From: Bacteroidales bacterium | Lineage (GTDB): Bacteria; Bacteroidota; Bacteroidia; Bacteroidales; ML635J-15 | Direction of reading: 5' to 3' | Assembly: GCA_045112395.1 (NCBI GenBank) | Contig: JBGUHW010000021.1 | Coordinates: 4,482 to 68,481 of the forward strand | DNA length: 64,000 nucleotides | Shown: piece after piece, positions 1-10,306 of the stretch | Position numbering within the stretch: the stretch's first letter is position 1 | How the letters are laid out: every line of letters begins with the position of its first letter | Program-made: the position numbers and the translations under genes | The notes under the pieces: model-generated | What the model was told of the DNA's origin: nothing | What the model saw: only the letters and a program-made list of their open reading frames with translations | The model's database searches: none

Positions 1-1
1 G

Positions 2-1090
2 ATGGCTATCCTTACCGACGACAGCGTTGAGCACGGACCTATTGAATGCTTGTTTACAATCGACGAGGAAACCGGTCTTACTGGTGCTTTTGCTCTCGAG
101 TCGGGATTTTTCGATGGCGAAATCCTTCTCAACCTTGATTCCGAGGACGAAGGCGAAATGTTTATCGGTTGTGCAGGTGGTATTGATACCGTTGCCGATT
201 TCGCATACAAGAAGGAAGCTGTTCCGGAACATAATGTAGCTTACATGTTCCTTATTAACGGACTTGCAGGTGGACATAGCGGTGATGAAATCAACAAGGG
301 ACTTGGCAACTCCAACAAGATTGCCAACCGTTTCTTGCAGAAAATCACAAGCAAGTATTTTGCTCGTTTGGCACATTTCGATGGTGGCAACAAGCGCAAC
401 GCCATTCCTCGCGAGGCAGAATTCACCTTTACTGTTAAGGCAGATTTCGCCGAGGATGTAAGAAAGGAATTTGCAAAGTTCAAGGACGATATCATTAAGG
501 AGATAAAAATAACCGAGCCAAACATCAATATGGAGCTTAACGAAGTGGCTTTGCCGGCTTTCGTAATAGATGAGGATACTCAGCGTAGACTAGTGATGGC
601 TGTTTCGGCTTGCCCTCATGGTGTTCACGCTTGGAGCCCTGCAATCAAGGGTTTGGTTGAAACATCCACCAACCTTGCATCAGTAAAGTTCTTTGATGAC
701 AAGATACAGGTGACGACCAGCCAGCGCAGTTCGCTCGAATCGGGCAAGGAAGACATTAATACTATGGTACGCAATGTGTTCCTGCTTGCTGGTGCTAAGG
801 TTGAGTCGGGCGATGGATATCCAGGTTGGGCACCTAACACCGATTCTGAAATCCTGAAGATTGTGGTTGCATCATACGAAAGGTTGTTTGGAAAGACTCC
901 AGTTGTTCGTGCAATTCACGCTGGCTTGGAATGCGGTTTGTTCCTCGAGAAGTACCCGAACCTCGACATGGTTTCGTTTGGACCGACTTTGCGCGGTGTT
1001 CACACTCCAGACGAGAAGGTCGAAATCAAAACCGTGGATATGTGGTACAGGCATCTGCTTGATGTACTGAAGAACATTCCTGTAAAATAA
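2..1090 (+). CDS. pepD: Aminoacyl-histidine (Xaa-His) dipeptidase PepD, M20 family; N-terminus lies outside the window
   Basis: ORF is open to the left edge. DEETGLTGA metal-site motif and HAGLECG near the C-terminus, with PepD-like order. Terminator follows. Confidence 0.85.
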   Translation: MAILTDDSVEHGPIECLFTIDEETGLTGAFALESGFFDGEILLNLDSEDEGEMFIGCAGGIDTVADFAYKKEAVPEHNVAYMFLINGLAGGHSGDEINKGLGNSNKIANRFLQKITSKYFARLAHFDGGNKRNAIPREAEFTFTVKADFAEDVRKEFAKFKDDIIKEIKITEPNINMELNEVALPAFVIDEDTQRRLVMAVSACPHGVHAWSPAIKGLVETSTNLASVKFFDDKIQVTTSQRSSLESGKEDINTMVRNVFLLAGAKVESGDGYPGWAPNTDSEILKIVVASYERLFGKTPVVRAIHAGLECGLFLEKYPNLDMVSFGPTLRGVHTPDEKVEIKTVDMWYRHLLDVLKNIPVK

Positions 1091-1114
1091 CAAAACTAAT
1101 AGGAATACAAAAAT

Positions 1115-1145
1115 GAATGCATCGTAACTGGTGCATTCTTTTTTT
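1115..1145 (+). terminator. Intrinsic terminator after pepD
   Basis: gaatgca(tc)/(gg)tgcattc stem followed by a T7 run. Confidence 0.8.
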
Positions 1146-1206
1146 GTAGCGAGCGATTATTCCTTCCGTATTTTTATAAAAACCGCATTGGAACAAAAAC
1201 TTTTCA

Positions 1207-1214
1207 TATCTTTG
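1207..1214 (+). promoter_or_regulatory. Bacteroidota-type -7 box (TAtcTTTG) upstream of the SPFH gene
   Basis: Matches TAnnTTTG, 28 nt before ATG 1242. Confidence 0.35.
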
Positions 1215-1241
1215 TCGAAGAATTTATAAACTAAAAATATT

Positions 1242-2114
1242 ATGGAAGTAATAGGTATTGTAATTGCTGTGGCCGTAGTGGTCATATTGTTTTTGGCTGG
1301 CTTCAAGGTTGTTCGTCCTACACATAGGGCACTGGTCGAAAGACTTGGTAAGTACCATCATTTTGCAAATCCGGGTTTGCACTGGATTATTCCTTTCATC
1401 GACCGTATTTATCGTGTGAATGTAACCGAGCAGATGGTGGATGCCGACCCACAGGAAATAATCACCAACGATAACTTGAATGCAACCGTTGATGCACAGA
1501 TTTATTTTCGCGTGCGCGAGGACGAGCAGAGCGTAAAGAATTCGCTATACAATGTGTACAACTATCAGGTTCAGATTGTTAACCTTGCGCGTACAACTTT
1601 GCGTAATATTATAGGTACACTTACACTGAAATCGGCAAACAGCGAGCGCGGTAGAATCAATACCGAACTTCACCAGATACTGTCGGAGGAAACCAACGAC
1701 TGGGGAATCTCGATTGTTCGTGCCGAGTTGAAGCAAATCGATCCACCGCAGGATGTACAGGCAACCATGAATAAGGTAGTTAAGGCTGAAAATGAAAAGA
1801 TTGCCGCAATCGACTATGCTACTGCTGCCGAAACCGAGGCCGATGGTGTTAAGCGTGCAAAGATTAAGGAAGCCGAAGGTTTCCGTCAGGCAAAGATTCT
1901 GAATGCCGAAGGTGAGGCTGAGGCCATTAGGTTGGTAAACGAGGCTGCTGAAAAGTATTTTATTGGCAACGCTCAGATATTAAGGAAGATAGAGGCTTTG
2001 GAGAACTCTCTGAAAAACAATGCCAAGATTGTGGTTCCTTCCGATTCTGATTTAGTTAATGTAATAGGTGAGATGGCTGGCGTTTTGCCGTTGGAAAAGA
2101 AGAAAAAGGAATAA
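1242..2114 (+). CDS. SPFH/band-7 (stomatin/HflC-like) membrane protein
   Basis: N-terminal TM helix. Band-7 core (VERLGKY...PGLHWIIPFIDR...) and an Ala/Glu-rich coiled C-terminus. Confidence 0.85.
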   Translation: MEVIGIVIAVAVVVILFLAGFKVVRPTHRALVERLGKYHHFANPGLHWIIPFIDRIYRVNVTEQMVDADPQEIITNDNLNATVDAQIYFRVREDEQSVKNSLYNVYNYQVQIVNLARTTLRNIIGTLTLKSANSERGRINTELHQILSEETNDWGISIVRAELKQIDPPQDVQATMNKVVKAENEKIAAIDYATAAETEADGVKRAKIKEAEGFRQAKILNAEGEAEAIRLVNEAAEKYFIGNAQILRKIEALENSLKNNAKIVVPSDSDLVNVIGEMAGVLPLEKKKKE

Positions 2115-2133
2115 TGAAAATTAGTTCAAAAAT

Positions 2134-2164
2134 AAAGCCCGACATTTGCCGGGCTTTATTTTTT
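2134..2164. terminator. Bidirectional terminator between convergent SPFH and OmpA-family genes
   Basis: aaagcccg/cgggcttt stem flanked by an A-run and a T-run. Confidence 0.8.
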
Positions 2165-2178
2165 ATGTCATGGCGTTA

Positions 2179-3273
2179 CTATCTTGTAAGTTCGTACAGA
2201 ACGTCCAATTTTGGAGTGAGGATAATTTCTGTCCTGCGGTTCTTAGCGCGGGCTTCAGCAGTCTTTGCATCGTCAACTGGCAGGTAGCAGCTTCTTCCCG
2301 ATGCGATTAGTCTTACAGGATCAATCTTCGAGTTAGAAAGGATTATCTTTACTATCGAAGTTGCTCTCTTTGTACTCAAGTCCCAGTTGTCCTGAATGTT
2401 TCCATTTCCGCTGTATGCAAGATCGTCGGTGTGACCTTCAATTGTAATGTTGACATCCTGATTGTTTTCAAGTACGGCTGCCAATTTTTTCAAAGCGTCC
2501 TGTCCCTTGGGGTCAACATCCCACTTGCCCGATTTGAAGAGCAGTTTTTCGTCTAGAGACACATAAACTTTTCCTTCCTTCTGTGTTACAGTCAAGCCCT
2601 TGCCTTCGAATCCAGACAATGCTTCCGAAACCTTGCTCTTCAATGCGTTCATTGCCGAATCCTTTGCGTTCAGAATTGCCTGAAGTTCAGCAACCTTTGC
2701 ATTCTTTGAATCTAGTTCGCTGTTTTTGCTACTCAATTCACTGCGTTGCGATTCAAGCAAAGCATTCTTTTCGTTAAGTTCCCTTTCCTTCTGCTCGTTC
2801 AAAATCTTCATTGCTTCGAGTTTTGCTTTTTCCTGCATCAGACTCGACTCAAGATTTCTGAGTTCATCTTCTTTTGCTTGCAGTTCATCGCGCGACTGTT
2901 GTAGCATAGCCATAGCCTTCTGCTGTTCGGCATCGGCTCCAGCACGAAGTTTTTCCTGATTTTCGAGAAGTTGCTTGTAAAGGTCGCTTATCTTGTCGTA
3001 CTGCAATGTAAGAATCCTGTATGAATTACTTTTTATGGCAGTGTCGGCGGCAAGAGCTGCAATTTCGCGGTCTTTCTTGCTAATCGATGCTTTAAGTTCG
3101 TTGTTTTCGGCTGTCAGGCTTTCATTTTGCTTTTTTAATTCGCTTCTTTCACGCTCGCAATTCTCCTTTTCGGCCTTGACATCTTCAAATTGTCGTGACG
3201 GCACACACGAAAAAAGGAGTCCCGATATTGCTGTCAATAGCAATAATGATTTTAGTAATGCGTTGATTTTCAT
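2179..3273 (-). CDS. OmpA-family lipoprotein with a long coiled-coil region
   Basis: Signal peptide plus lipobox (LLFSC) from the internal ATG at 3273. About 200 aa of heptad-like E/K/L/Q sequence. C-terminal OmpA_C motif (IEGHTDD...STKRA...NRRTEI). Confidence 0.8.
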   Translation of the reverse strand: MKINALLKSLLLLTAISGLLFSCVPSRQFEDVKAEKENCERERSELKKQNESLTAENNELKASISKKDREIAALAADTAIKSNSYRILTLQYDKISDLYKQLLENQEKLRAGADAEQQKAMAMLQQSRDELQAKEDELRNLESSLMQEKAKLEAMKILNEQKERELNEKNALLESQRSELSSKNSELDSKNAKVAELQAILNAKDSAMNALKSKVSEALSGFEGKGLTVTQKEGKVYVSLDEKLLFKSGKWDVDPKGQDALKKLAAVLENNQDVNITIEGHTDDLAYSGNGNIQDNWDLSTKRATSIVKIILSNSKIDPVRLIASGRSCYLPVDDAKTAEARAKNRRTEIILTPKLDVLYELTR

Positions 3274-3402
3274 TGTAAAAACATCTATGTTTAATCTAAA
3301 GTGCAAAATTATTATTCTTACAGTTTGCGGGAACTTTGTATGCCATAAATTTATTTACAATTTTATGTTAATATTTGCTTGCAAGTATAAGTTTATTTTT
3401 TG

Positions 3403-3410
3403 TAATTTTG
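3403..3410 (+). promoter_or_regulatory. -7 box (TAatTTTG) upstream of dxs
   Basis: TAnnTTTG 35 nt before ATG 3445. Confidence 0.35.
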
Positions 3411-3444
3411 TCGCTTCGTTAAAATGGTGTAAATATACAACGGC

Positions 3445-5346
3445 ATGTCGTATAGGTTTTTAGATAAAATAGATTCGCCTGCAGATTTGAAAAGGGTAAA
3501 CCTTGTCGATTTACCTCTGGTTTGTGATGAACTTAGAAGGTTCATCATTGAATCTGAAGCCGTTAATCCTGCACATTTTGGCGCTAACCTCGGAGTCGTT
3601 GAACTTACGGTTGCTTTGCATTATGTCTTCGATGTTCCTGAAGACAATCTTATCTGGGATGTAGGGCATCAAGCATACGGACACAAAATCCTCACTGGCC
3701 GCCGCGATTCGTTCAAGACAAACAGAACATACAAAGGCATAAGCGGATTCCCTACACCGGCAGAAAGCGAGTATGATTGCTTTGGGGTTGGACATTCGTC
3801 AACAAGCATTTCGGCAGCTCTTGGTATGGCCGTGGCAGCAAAGATGCATGGAAGCAACGAAAGGACAATTGCTGTTATTGGCGACGGTGCTCTTTCGGGC
3901 GGAGAGGCTTTCGAGGCTCTGAACAATGCAGCAATTAATAATCCCAATCTGTTGATTGTGCTTAACGACAACAAGATTGCTATTGACGAAACACCAGGTT
4001 CGCTACGCGAATATCTTACAGACATTTCAACATCAAAGACTTACAATAAGGTTAAAGACGATGTATGGCATTTCCTTGGCAAAGTGAATAAGCTGGGACC
4101 AGATGTACGCCATTTTACACAACGTATCGACAATGCCATAAAGTCAATCGTGATGAAACAGAGCAATTTGTTCGAGTCGATGAACATCCGCTATTTCGGT
4201 CCTGTTGATGGTCACGATGTTGTTTCGCTTGTAAGATTGTTTAACGACCTGAAGAATATAAACGGCCCGTTGTTGTTGCACCTTATCACGCAAAAGGGCA
4301 GAGGTTTCAAGCCGGCAGAGGAAAATCCTCGCGAATGGCATGCTGCTCCCGGAAAATTCGAGGTCGAGACAGGAAAAGTTATTTCCGCTGATGCCGATCC
4401 TAATAGTCCGCAGAAATTCCAGGATATATTTGGTGAAGCAATAGTTAAGCTTGCCCGCGAAAATGAAAAGATAGTTGCCATATCACCTGCAATGGTTTCG
4501 GGAAGCGGTCTGGTGAAGATGTTTGAGGAATTCCCCGACAGGAGTTTCGATGTTGGTATCTCCGAACAGCATGCAGTAACTTTCGCAGCAGGCTTGGCAA
4601 CAAAAGGAATTGTTCCGTATTGTTGCATTTACAGTACGTTTGCACAGCGTTCGTTCGACCAGATAGTACACGATGTTGCATTGCAAAACCTTCATGTAGT
4701 TATGTGCCTCGACAGGGCCGGACTTGTAGGAAAGGATGGTGCAACTCATCATGGCGCATTCGACATATCATATCTCAGGTGCATTCCTAACCTTGTGATT
4801 TCTGCACCGTCTGATGAATGCCAGATGCGTAACCTATTATATACCGCACAGTTGGAGAAAAACAATTTCCCATTTGTAATACGCTATCCGCGAGGAAAGT
4901 CTGTATATCCTAAGTCGGAAATTGAATTTTCCGAAATGGAAATAGGAAAAGGTAAGCGCGTGCGCAAGGGTGATGACCTGGCAATAGTTAGTATCGGCAC
5001 TGCCGGACAGACAGCAGTTAAGGTTGCCGACAGACTTCATGATGATGACAGCGTTACTGTATCTGTTTACGATATGGTTTTCGTGAAGCCGTTGGACGAG
5101 AACTTGCTACGTGAAGCCTGCGAAACTCACAAGTATATTGTTACAATCGAAGACAATGTATTGGCTGGTGGATTTGGTAGCGAAGTGTTGGAGTTTGTTT
5201 CCGACAACGATTACAATGTAAAGGTTAAACGTTTTGGCATTCCTGATCGTTTTGTAATGCACGGGACGCAGGAGGAACTTATTAGGGAATGTGGCTATGA
5301 TGCCGATTCCGTTTATGGATGGATAAAAAAAAGGTTATTTTGTTAA
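3445..5346 (+). CDS. dxs: 1-deoxy-D-xylulose-5-phosphate synthase
   Basis: Full-length 633 aa. GHQAYGHKILTGRR and GDGALSGGEAFEALN (ThDP-binding) motifs and a transketolase-like C-terminal half. Confidence 0.95.
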   Translation: MSYRFLDKIDSPADLKRVNLVDLPLVCDELRRFIIESEAVNPAHFGANLGVVELTVALHYVFDVPEDNLIWDVGHQAYGHKILTGRRDSFKTNRTYKGISGFPTPAESEYDCFGVGHSSTSISAALGMAVAAKMHGSNERTIAVIGDGALSGGEAFEALNNAAINNPNLLIVLNDNKIAIDETPGSLREYLTDISTSKTYNKVKDDVWHFLGKVNKLGPDVRHFTQRIDNAIKSIVMKQSNLFESMNIRYFGPVDGHDVVSLVRLFNDLKNINGPLLLHLITQKGRGFKPAEENPREWHAAPGKFEVETGKVISADADPNSPQKFQDIFGEAIVKLARENEKIVAISPAMVSGSGLVKMFEEFPDRSFDVGISEQHAVTFAAGLATKGIVPYCCIYSTFAQRSFDQIVHDVALQNLHVVMCLDRAGLVGKDGATHHGAFDISYLRCIPNLVISAPSDECQMRNLLYTAQLEKNNFPFVIRYPRGKSVYPKSEIEFSEMEIGKGKRVRKGDDLAIVSIGTAGQTAVKVADRLHDDDSVTVSVYDMVFVKPLDENLLREACETHKYIVTIEDNVLAGGFGSEVLEFVSDNDYNVKVKRFGIPDRFVMHGTQEELIRECGYDADSVYGWIKKRLFC

Positions 5347-5365
5347 TTATATTTTATTTTAATAA

Positions 5366-7960
5366 ATGATGAAAAAACTTGTATTGTTAGTATTAAGCGT
5401 AGCATTTTGCGTAACACTTTATTCGCAGAAAGCCAATAAGGTTTTCATGAGTAATTTTTACGATGCTGTGGCCTATATGTATGAAGACAACTACGGGGCT
5501 GCGCTTGATTATTGGAAAAAGGCAGAGGATAAGGATCCTGACAATCCCAATGTTTGGTACAACATGGGTGTTTGCTACAAAAATTCCTCAAAGGATAGGT
5601 ATCTGGCGGTGGAATATTTGACAAAGTCGCTTGATTATGCAAATCCTAATTATGTAGCCAATGACCACACAGATCGTACATGTCCAATAGATTGCTTTAT
5701 GGAACTCGGTGTGGCATTGCGTATGGTGGGAAAGTATGATGAGAGTCTTGCTATGCTCGAGAGATCAAAGGAAGTAGCATCTTCCAATGGACGTAGCGAC
5801 TTGGTAACAAGTGCAGACGAGGAGATTGAGATAACAAATAATGCAAAGAAAATTACTTCGCAGAAATCCTGTAACAGGATTGATTTGAAAAACATGGGTG
5901 ATGCAATAAATACAGAATATTCGGAGCATTCACCTGTAATCACATGCGACGGAAATACCTTGTATTTTACTTCGAAGCGTCCAAACTCAATAAATTCGAC
6001 AGATGACGAAAAAATATATGTTACCAAAAAGAAGGATAATGGAGAATGGTCTTCTCCAGAAATGTTGCCGTCTCCAATCAATACAAAGGGAAACAATGAG
6101 TCGGTAGTTTCTATATCGGCAGATGGCAAGCAGTTGTATTTCTTCCGTTCGGGTTCATCACTGCAAGGTAACCTATATGTTTCCGAAATGTCCGACAACG
6201 GTTCATGGGGAAAGCCTAAGCATTTGAGCTCTGACATAAATACAAAGTACAGGGAATCGCATGTGTCGGTAGCTCCTGATGGTAATAGCATGTATTTCAC
6301 CAGCGACCGTCCGGGTGGTTTCGGTGGCCTCGACATATATGTTATGAAGAAACTTCCTAACGGAAAATGGTCGGATCCGCAATTGCTTCCTGCTGAGGTA
6401 AATACACCAAAGGACGAGGAATATCCATCTGTTCATCCAAACGGTTCAATATTATACTTCAACTCAAAGGGTCATGAATCGGTAGGTGGATACGATGTGT
6501 TCTATTCAAGAATCAACGATGATGGATCATATTCGAAGGCAGAAAGCATGTGCAGTCCAATTAATACTCCTGACAACGATATATGCTATTCGCTTTCATG
6601 CGATGGAAAAACTGCATACGTTGCAGCAATCCGTGAAGATTCGTATGGAGAATACGATATATATATTGTGGAAGACAGGGCTGCCGATCCAGATTTAATC
6701 GTGTACAAGGGCAGTGTAAAGTATGCCGATCAGGCTATTCCTAAGGGCGTGACTGTATGGATAAAGGACAAGACTACCGGCGAAGATTTGGGTTCGTACA
6801 ATATTGAAGAAAGTACCGGTGAATATATGTGCTACCTTCAGCCCAAGGATGAATATAGCATTACATACTCGAAAAACGGTGAAACTCTAAAGGAAATAGA
6901 TAAAACTCCAACCAGTGAAGAAAAGGAAACTTTCAAACGTATGGGAGAGCCTATTTCTCTTGATGATGTAATTCTGCCACTATTGAACAAGGAAGCTTCT
7001 ATAGCAGTACATGATGACAATGATCTTACTCCTGATGTAACTTCAGTTCTCGACGATGTTCTAAAGACAAATGATGAAATGAAGGCAGAATCGAGACAAA
7101 TGGTTGTTAATCTCGAATTCGATGAAAACGAACTTCCGAAGGATTCGCCTAAGATGAATAAGGTTACCGATTATCTTGGAAAGTCGGTTAACTCATCTGA
7201 CATTACATACAACCAGAAGCCATCAGATAAGAATGTATATAATATAAAGGTATCGTCTACTTCGGATGTTTATGCTGGTACCAACAAGGATGGTAGCGAC
7301 GACAATAACGATCCGTACAATAAGAATTATTCTGATACACTTGAAATCAGTAATATATACTTCGATTTCGACAAGTACGAAATAAAGTCGCAGTATACAA
7401 AGAATTTGGATGAACTAGCAGAATACATGAAGGATAATCCAGGGGCAAAAATAGAAGTAGGTGGACATACCGATTTTGTTGGAACTGAAGAATACAATAT
7501 TGTTTTGTCGGGTCGCCGTGCTATGGCAATAAAGAATTATCTCGTTGAACGTGGTGTAAAGCAGGATAAGGTAGAGATAAAGAAATATGGAGAATCGGCA
7601 CCAATTGCAAGCAACAATTCGAATTCAACCCGTAAGTACAACCGCCGTATCGAATTTAGGGTTCTTGAACAGGGTTCTGAAAAGTACCTGAAGGTAGTTC
7701 CGGATGCAAGCAACGACAGTGCAGACAATGGCAAGAGCACAGAGAGTGCAAATGGAAAGACATATAGGGTACAGCTTTTCGCTTTATCGAAGGCAAAGGA
7801 TGTTGAATCGTTTAATATTCCGAACCTTAAGGTGAGAGAAGTAAACGGTGTATACAAGTATTATTTAGGTGATTTCAACAGCTGGTCTGAAGCTAATAAG
7901 GCATTGTCAAGCATTAAGGACAAATATCCACAGGCTTTGATTTTGGATTCAACGAAATAG
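5366..7960 (+). CDS. Envelope protein: signal peptide, TPR, PD40 (TolB-like) beta-propeller repeats, OmpA_C, and a C-terminal SPOR-like domain
   Basis: Repeated ...SPxxxxDGxxLYFxSxR...GGxDIY motifs. OmpA_C block (IYFDFDKYEI...GHTDFVG...NRRIEFRV). Final ~75 aa (YRVQLFALSKAK...YKYYLGDFNSWSEANKAL) are SPOR-like. Confidence 0.8.
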   Translation: MMKKLVLLVLSVAFCVTLYSQKANKVFMSNFYDAVAYMYEDNYGAALDYWKKAEDKDPDNPNVWYNMGVCYKNSSKDRYLAVEYLTKSLDYANPNYVANDHTDRTCPIDCFMELGVALRMVGKYDESLAMLERSKEVASSNGRSDLVTSADEEIEITNNAKKITSQKSCNRIDLKNMGDAINTEYSEHSPVITCDGNTLYFTSKRPNSINSTDDEKIYVTKKKDNGEWSSPEMLPSPINTKGNNESVVSISADGKQLYFFRSGSSLQGNLYVSEMSDNGSWGKPKHLSSDINTKYRESHVSVAPDGNSMYFTSDRPGGFGGLDIYVMKKLPNGKWSDPQLLPAEVNTPKDEEYPSVHPNGSILYFNSKGHESVGGYDVFYSRINDDGSYSKAESMCSPINTPDNDICYSLSCDGKTAYVAAIREDSYGEYDIYIVEDRAADPDLIVYKGSVKYADQAIPKGVTVWIKDKTTGEDLGSYNIEESTGEYMCYLQPKDEYSITYSKNGETLKEIDKTPTSEEKETFKRMGEPISLDDVILPLLNKEASIAVHDDNDLTPDVTSVLDDVLKTNDEMKAESRQMVVNLEFDENELPKDSPKMNKVTDYLGKSVNSSDITYNQKPSDKNVYNIKVSSTSDVYAGTNKDGSDDNNDPYNKNYSDTLEISNIYFDFDKYEIKSQYTKNLDELAEYMKDNPGAKIEVGGHTDFVGTEEYNIVLSGRRAMAIKNYLVERGVKQDKVEIKKYGESAPIASNNSNSTRKYNRRIEFRVLEQGSEKYLKVVPDASNDSADNGKSTESANGKTYRVQLFALSKAKDVESFNIPNLKVREVNGVYKYYLGDFNSWSEANKALSSIKDKYPQALILDSTK

Positions 7961-7983
7961 ATTATAATCAAAATAACACTTTT

Positions 7984-8019
7984 AAAAGTTGCACCACATC
8001 ATGATGGTGCAACTTTTTT
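7984..8019 (+). terminator. Intrinsic terminator after the TPR/PD40/OmpA gene
   Basis: 13-bp stem aaaagttgcacca/tggtgcaactttt whose 3' arm runs into a T-run. Confidence 0.85.
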
Positions 8020-8282
8020 ATGTGCATCTGGTAAAATTCTTAGCAGTTTGCTACTAATATAGTATAAACAACGATTTGATAATACAACTAGCTGATTATC
8101 ATGCGTTTTGTTGAATACAAATAGTGGTCAGTTATAAAATGTTAGTTATCAGAATTTTAGTTGTACAGCATAAATTTATAGCAATTGGGCACATAAAAAA
8201 ACGTAAATAAAAAGGTAAACATATCAATATAATTTGTAATTTTACGCCCAATTTTTAATTCAAAAACTAAAAAATAACATAT

Positions 8283-9416
8283 ATGGATTTCGTAATTTCA
8301 AGCTCTCAGCTTCTTTCGCACCTGCAGATAGTAAGCAGGGTTGTAAACTCCAAGAATGCACTTCCAATTCTCGACAACGTATTGTTGTCAATCGAGGATG
8401 GTTTTTTAAGAATCACAGCAAGTGATCTCGAAAGCACAATCACTACGACAATTCCGCTTGAAAACTATAGCGGTACAGGAGTCATAGCGACAGATATGAA
8501 AAAGATACTTGAGGTTATCAAGGAATTTTCAGAGCAGCCGCTTACATTTAGCATAAGTACAGAAGACAACAGGATAGATATTACATCCGGATACGGAAAG
8601 TACACCATCGTAGGTGTGGATGCTTCCGATTTTCCGCAGACTGCACAATTGAAGTCCGACAAGGCTATTAGCGTAAGCATTAGTCCTGATATTCTATATT
8701 GTGGCATCAACTCTGCAATATTTGCAACTGGTGACGATGAGTTGCGCCCGATAATGAACGGTATATTCATCGAATTGCAGGAGAGCGGTATCAACTTTGT
8801 GGCAACCGATGCTCATAAGCTTGTAAAATATACCCGCAAAGAAGTGAAAGCACAGACAGAAAGTTCGTTTATTCTTCCTAAGAAACCAGCTAGCATACTG
8901 AAAACCATATTGCCGAAGGCTGCCGACGATGTAATTCTCGAATTCGATGAAAAGAATGCTGTATTCTCATTTGGCTCCATTAAGTTGACATGCAGGCTTC
9001 TCGAAGGTGTATATCCGAACTACAACTCGGTTATCCCTCGCGATAATCCAAATAACCTTGTCATTGACAGAGTTGAACTTGCAAACTCTTTGCGTCGTGT
9101 TGGTATGTTCGCAAGTCAGGCAAGTAATCTTGTTGGGTTAAAGCTCTCGGGTAATAGCCTTGAAATATCAGCTCAGGATATGGACTTCTCGATTTCGGGT
9201 AGAGAGACATTGTCGTGCCAGTACCAGGGTGATGACATGGAAATTGGCTTCAAGTCGAATTTCCTTTGCGAAATACTCAACAATATTTCCACAACCGAAG
9301 TTTCTATTGAACTTTCAGATCCAACCCGTGCTGGAATAATACTGCCAAAGGACAATGAGAATCCAGAAGAGGAAGTACTGATGCTCCTCATGCCAATGAT
9401 GATTAACAGGATGTAA
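8283..9416 (+). CDS. dnaN: DNA polymerase III beta sliding clamp
   Basis: 377 aa with clamp-like three-domain length. ILxNVLL, ATDxHKL/ATDAHKLV and MPMxxN C-terminal motifs. Confidence 0.95.
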   Translation: MDFVISSSQLLSHLQIVSRVVNSKNALPILDNVLLSIEDGFLRITASDLESTITTTIPLENYSGTGVIATDMKKILEVIKEFSEQPLTFSISTEDNRIDITSGYGKYTIVGVDASDFPQTAQLKSDKAISVSISPDILYCGINSAIFATGDDELRPIMNGIFIELQESGINFVATDAHKLVKYTRKEVKAQTESSFILPKKPASILKTILPKAADDVILEFDEKNAVFSFGSIKLTCRLLEGVYPNYNSVIPRDNPNNLVIDRVELANSLRRVGMFASQASNLVGLKLSGNSLEISAQDMDFSISGRETLSCQYQGDDMEIGFKSNFLCEILNNISTTEVSIELSDPTRAGIILPKDNENPEEEVLMLLMPMMINRM

Positions 9417-9430
9417 TTAATACTAACAGA

Positions 9431-9461
9431 TTGCCCGAATTTTCGGGTAATCTTTTTTTTT
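9431..9461 (+). terminator. Hairpin plus T9-10 run after dnaN
   Basis: ttgcccg/cgggtaa stem then tctttttttttat. The next ATG is at 9472, so read-through is also plausible. Confidence 0.7.
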
Positions 9462-9471
9462 ATGCATATTT

Positions 9472-10248
9472 ATGAGAATCCAACTTCACAAGCCTATAGT
9501 ATTTTTCGACCTTGAAACCACCGGAGTTAACATTGCATCCGATAGGGTCGTGGAAATTTCCATAATAAAGGTTTATCCCAACGGCAACGAACTGCGCAAG
9601 ACTTTTCGTGTGAACCCCGAAATGCCAATTCCTCCGCAGGCTACTGCCGTACATAAGATTACCGATGCCGATGTTGCCGATTGTCCTACATTCAAGCAAC
9701 TTGCAAAGGAACTTGTGCAGATTTTTGCAGATGCCGACATTGCTGGTTACAACTCCAACAAGTTCGATGTGCCTCTGCTAGCCGAGGAATTTATCCGTGC
9801 AGGTGTCGATTTCGACCTGAAGAAACGCAACTTTGTGGATGTAATGAGCATATTCATGAAGAAGGAGCCGCGCAATCTGTCGGCTGCATATAAGTTCTAT
9901 TGCAATGGTGACCTCGAGAATGCACATTCGGCAAATGCCGACACCGATGCAACCTACGAGGTTTTCAAGGCGCAGGTGGAACGCTACACCGACATAGGCA
10001 ACGACATACAGGAAATTTCAAAGTTCTCGTCATACAACAGCAATGCCGATTTTATGGGAAGGTTGGTTTACGATGCCGACCACAATGTTGTCATTAACTT
10101 TGGCAAGTACAAGGGTATGCTTTTGACTGATGTGTTCTGCAAGGATTCGGCATACTACGACTGGATGATGAAGGGAGAGTTTCCTCTATATACCAAGAAG
10201 ATTCTCACCGATGAATACATGAAGTTCAAGTTAAACTCTAAGAAGTAA
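9472..10248 (+). CDS. DEDDh 3'-5' exonuclease (DnaQ/epsilon-like)
   Basis: Exo motifs FFDLETTG, GYNSNKFDVPLL and HSANADTDATYEVF. Confidence 0.85.
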   Translation: MRIQLHKPIVFFDLETTGVNIASDRVVEISIIKVYPNGNELRKTFRVNPEMPIPPQATAVHKITDADVADCPTFKQLAKELVQIFADADIAGYNSNKFDVPLLAEEFIRAGVDFDLKKRNFVDVMSIFMKKEPRNLSAAYKFYCNGDLENAHSANADTDATYEVFKAQVERYTDIGNDIQEISKFSSYNSNADFMGRLVYDADHNVVINFGKYKGMLLTDVFCKDSAYYDWMMKGEFPLYTKKILTDEYMKFKLNSKK

Positions 10249-10250
10249 AA

Positions 10251-10274
10251 AAAGCCCCAGTTAGGGGCTTTTTT
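10251..10274 (+). terminator. Intrinsic terminator after the exonuclease gene
   Basis: aaagcccc/ggggcttt stem plus T-run. Confidence 0.85.
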
Positions 10275-10283
10275 GTAACTATG

Positions 10284-10306
10284 TCTGCGTCCTTCGGGAT
10301 TTGTAA
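10284..10306 (+). repeat. Left copy of a 22-bp imperfect direct repeat (tctgcgtccttcgggatttgta)
   Basis: 20/22 identical to 11073-11094. Brackets a low-GC segment. Confidence 0.75.

Noticed and set aside
8020-8282. Possible replication origin in the AT-rich 260 bp upstream of dnaN
   Set aside because: I found no good DnaA boxes (TTATCCACA or its complement; the best candidates have 3 mismatches). There is no dnaA gene adjacent. dnaN without dnaA next to it is usual in this phylum.
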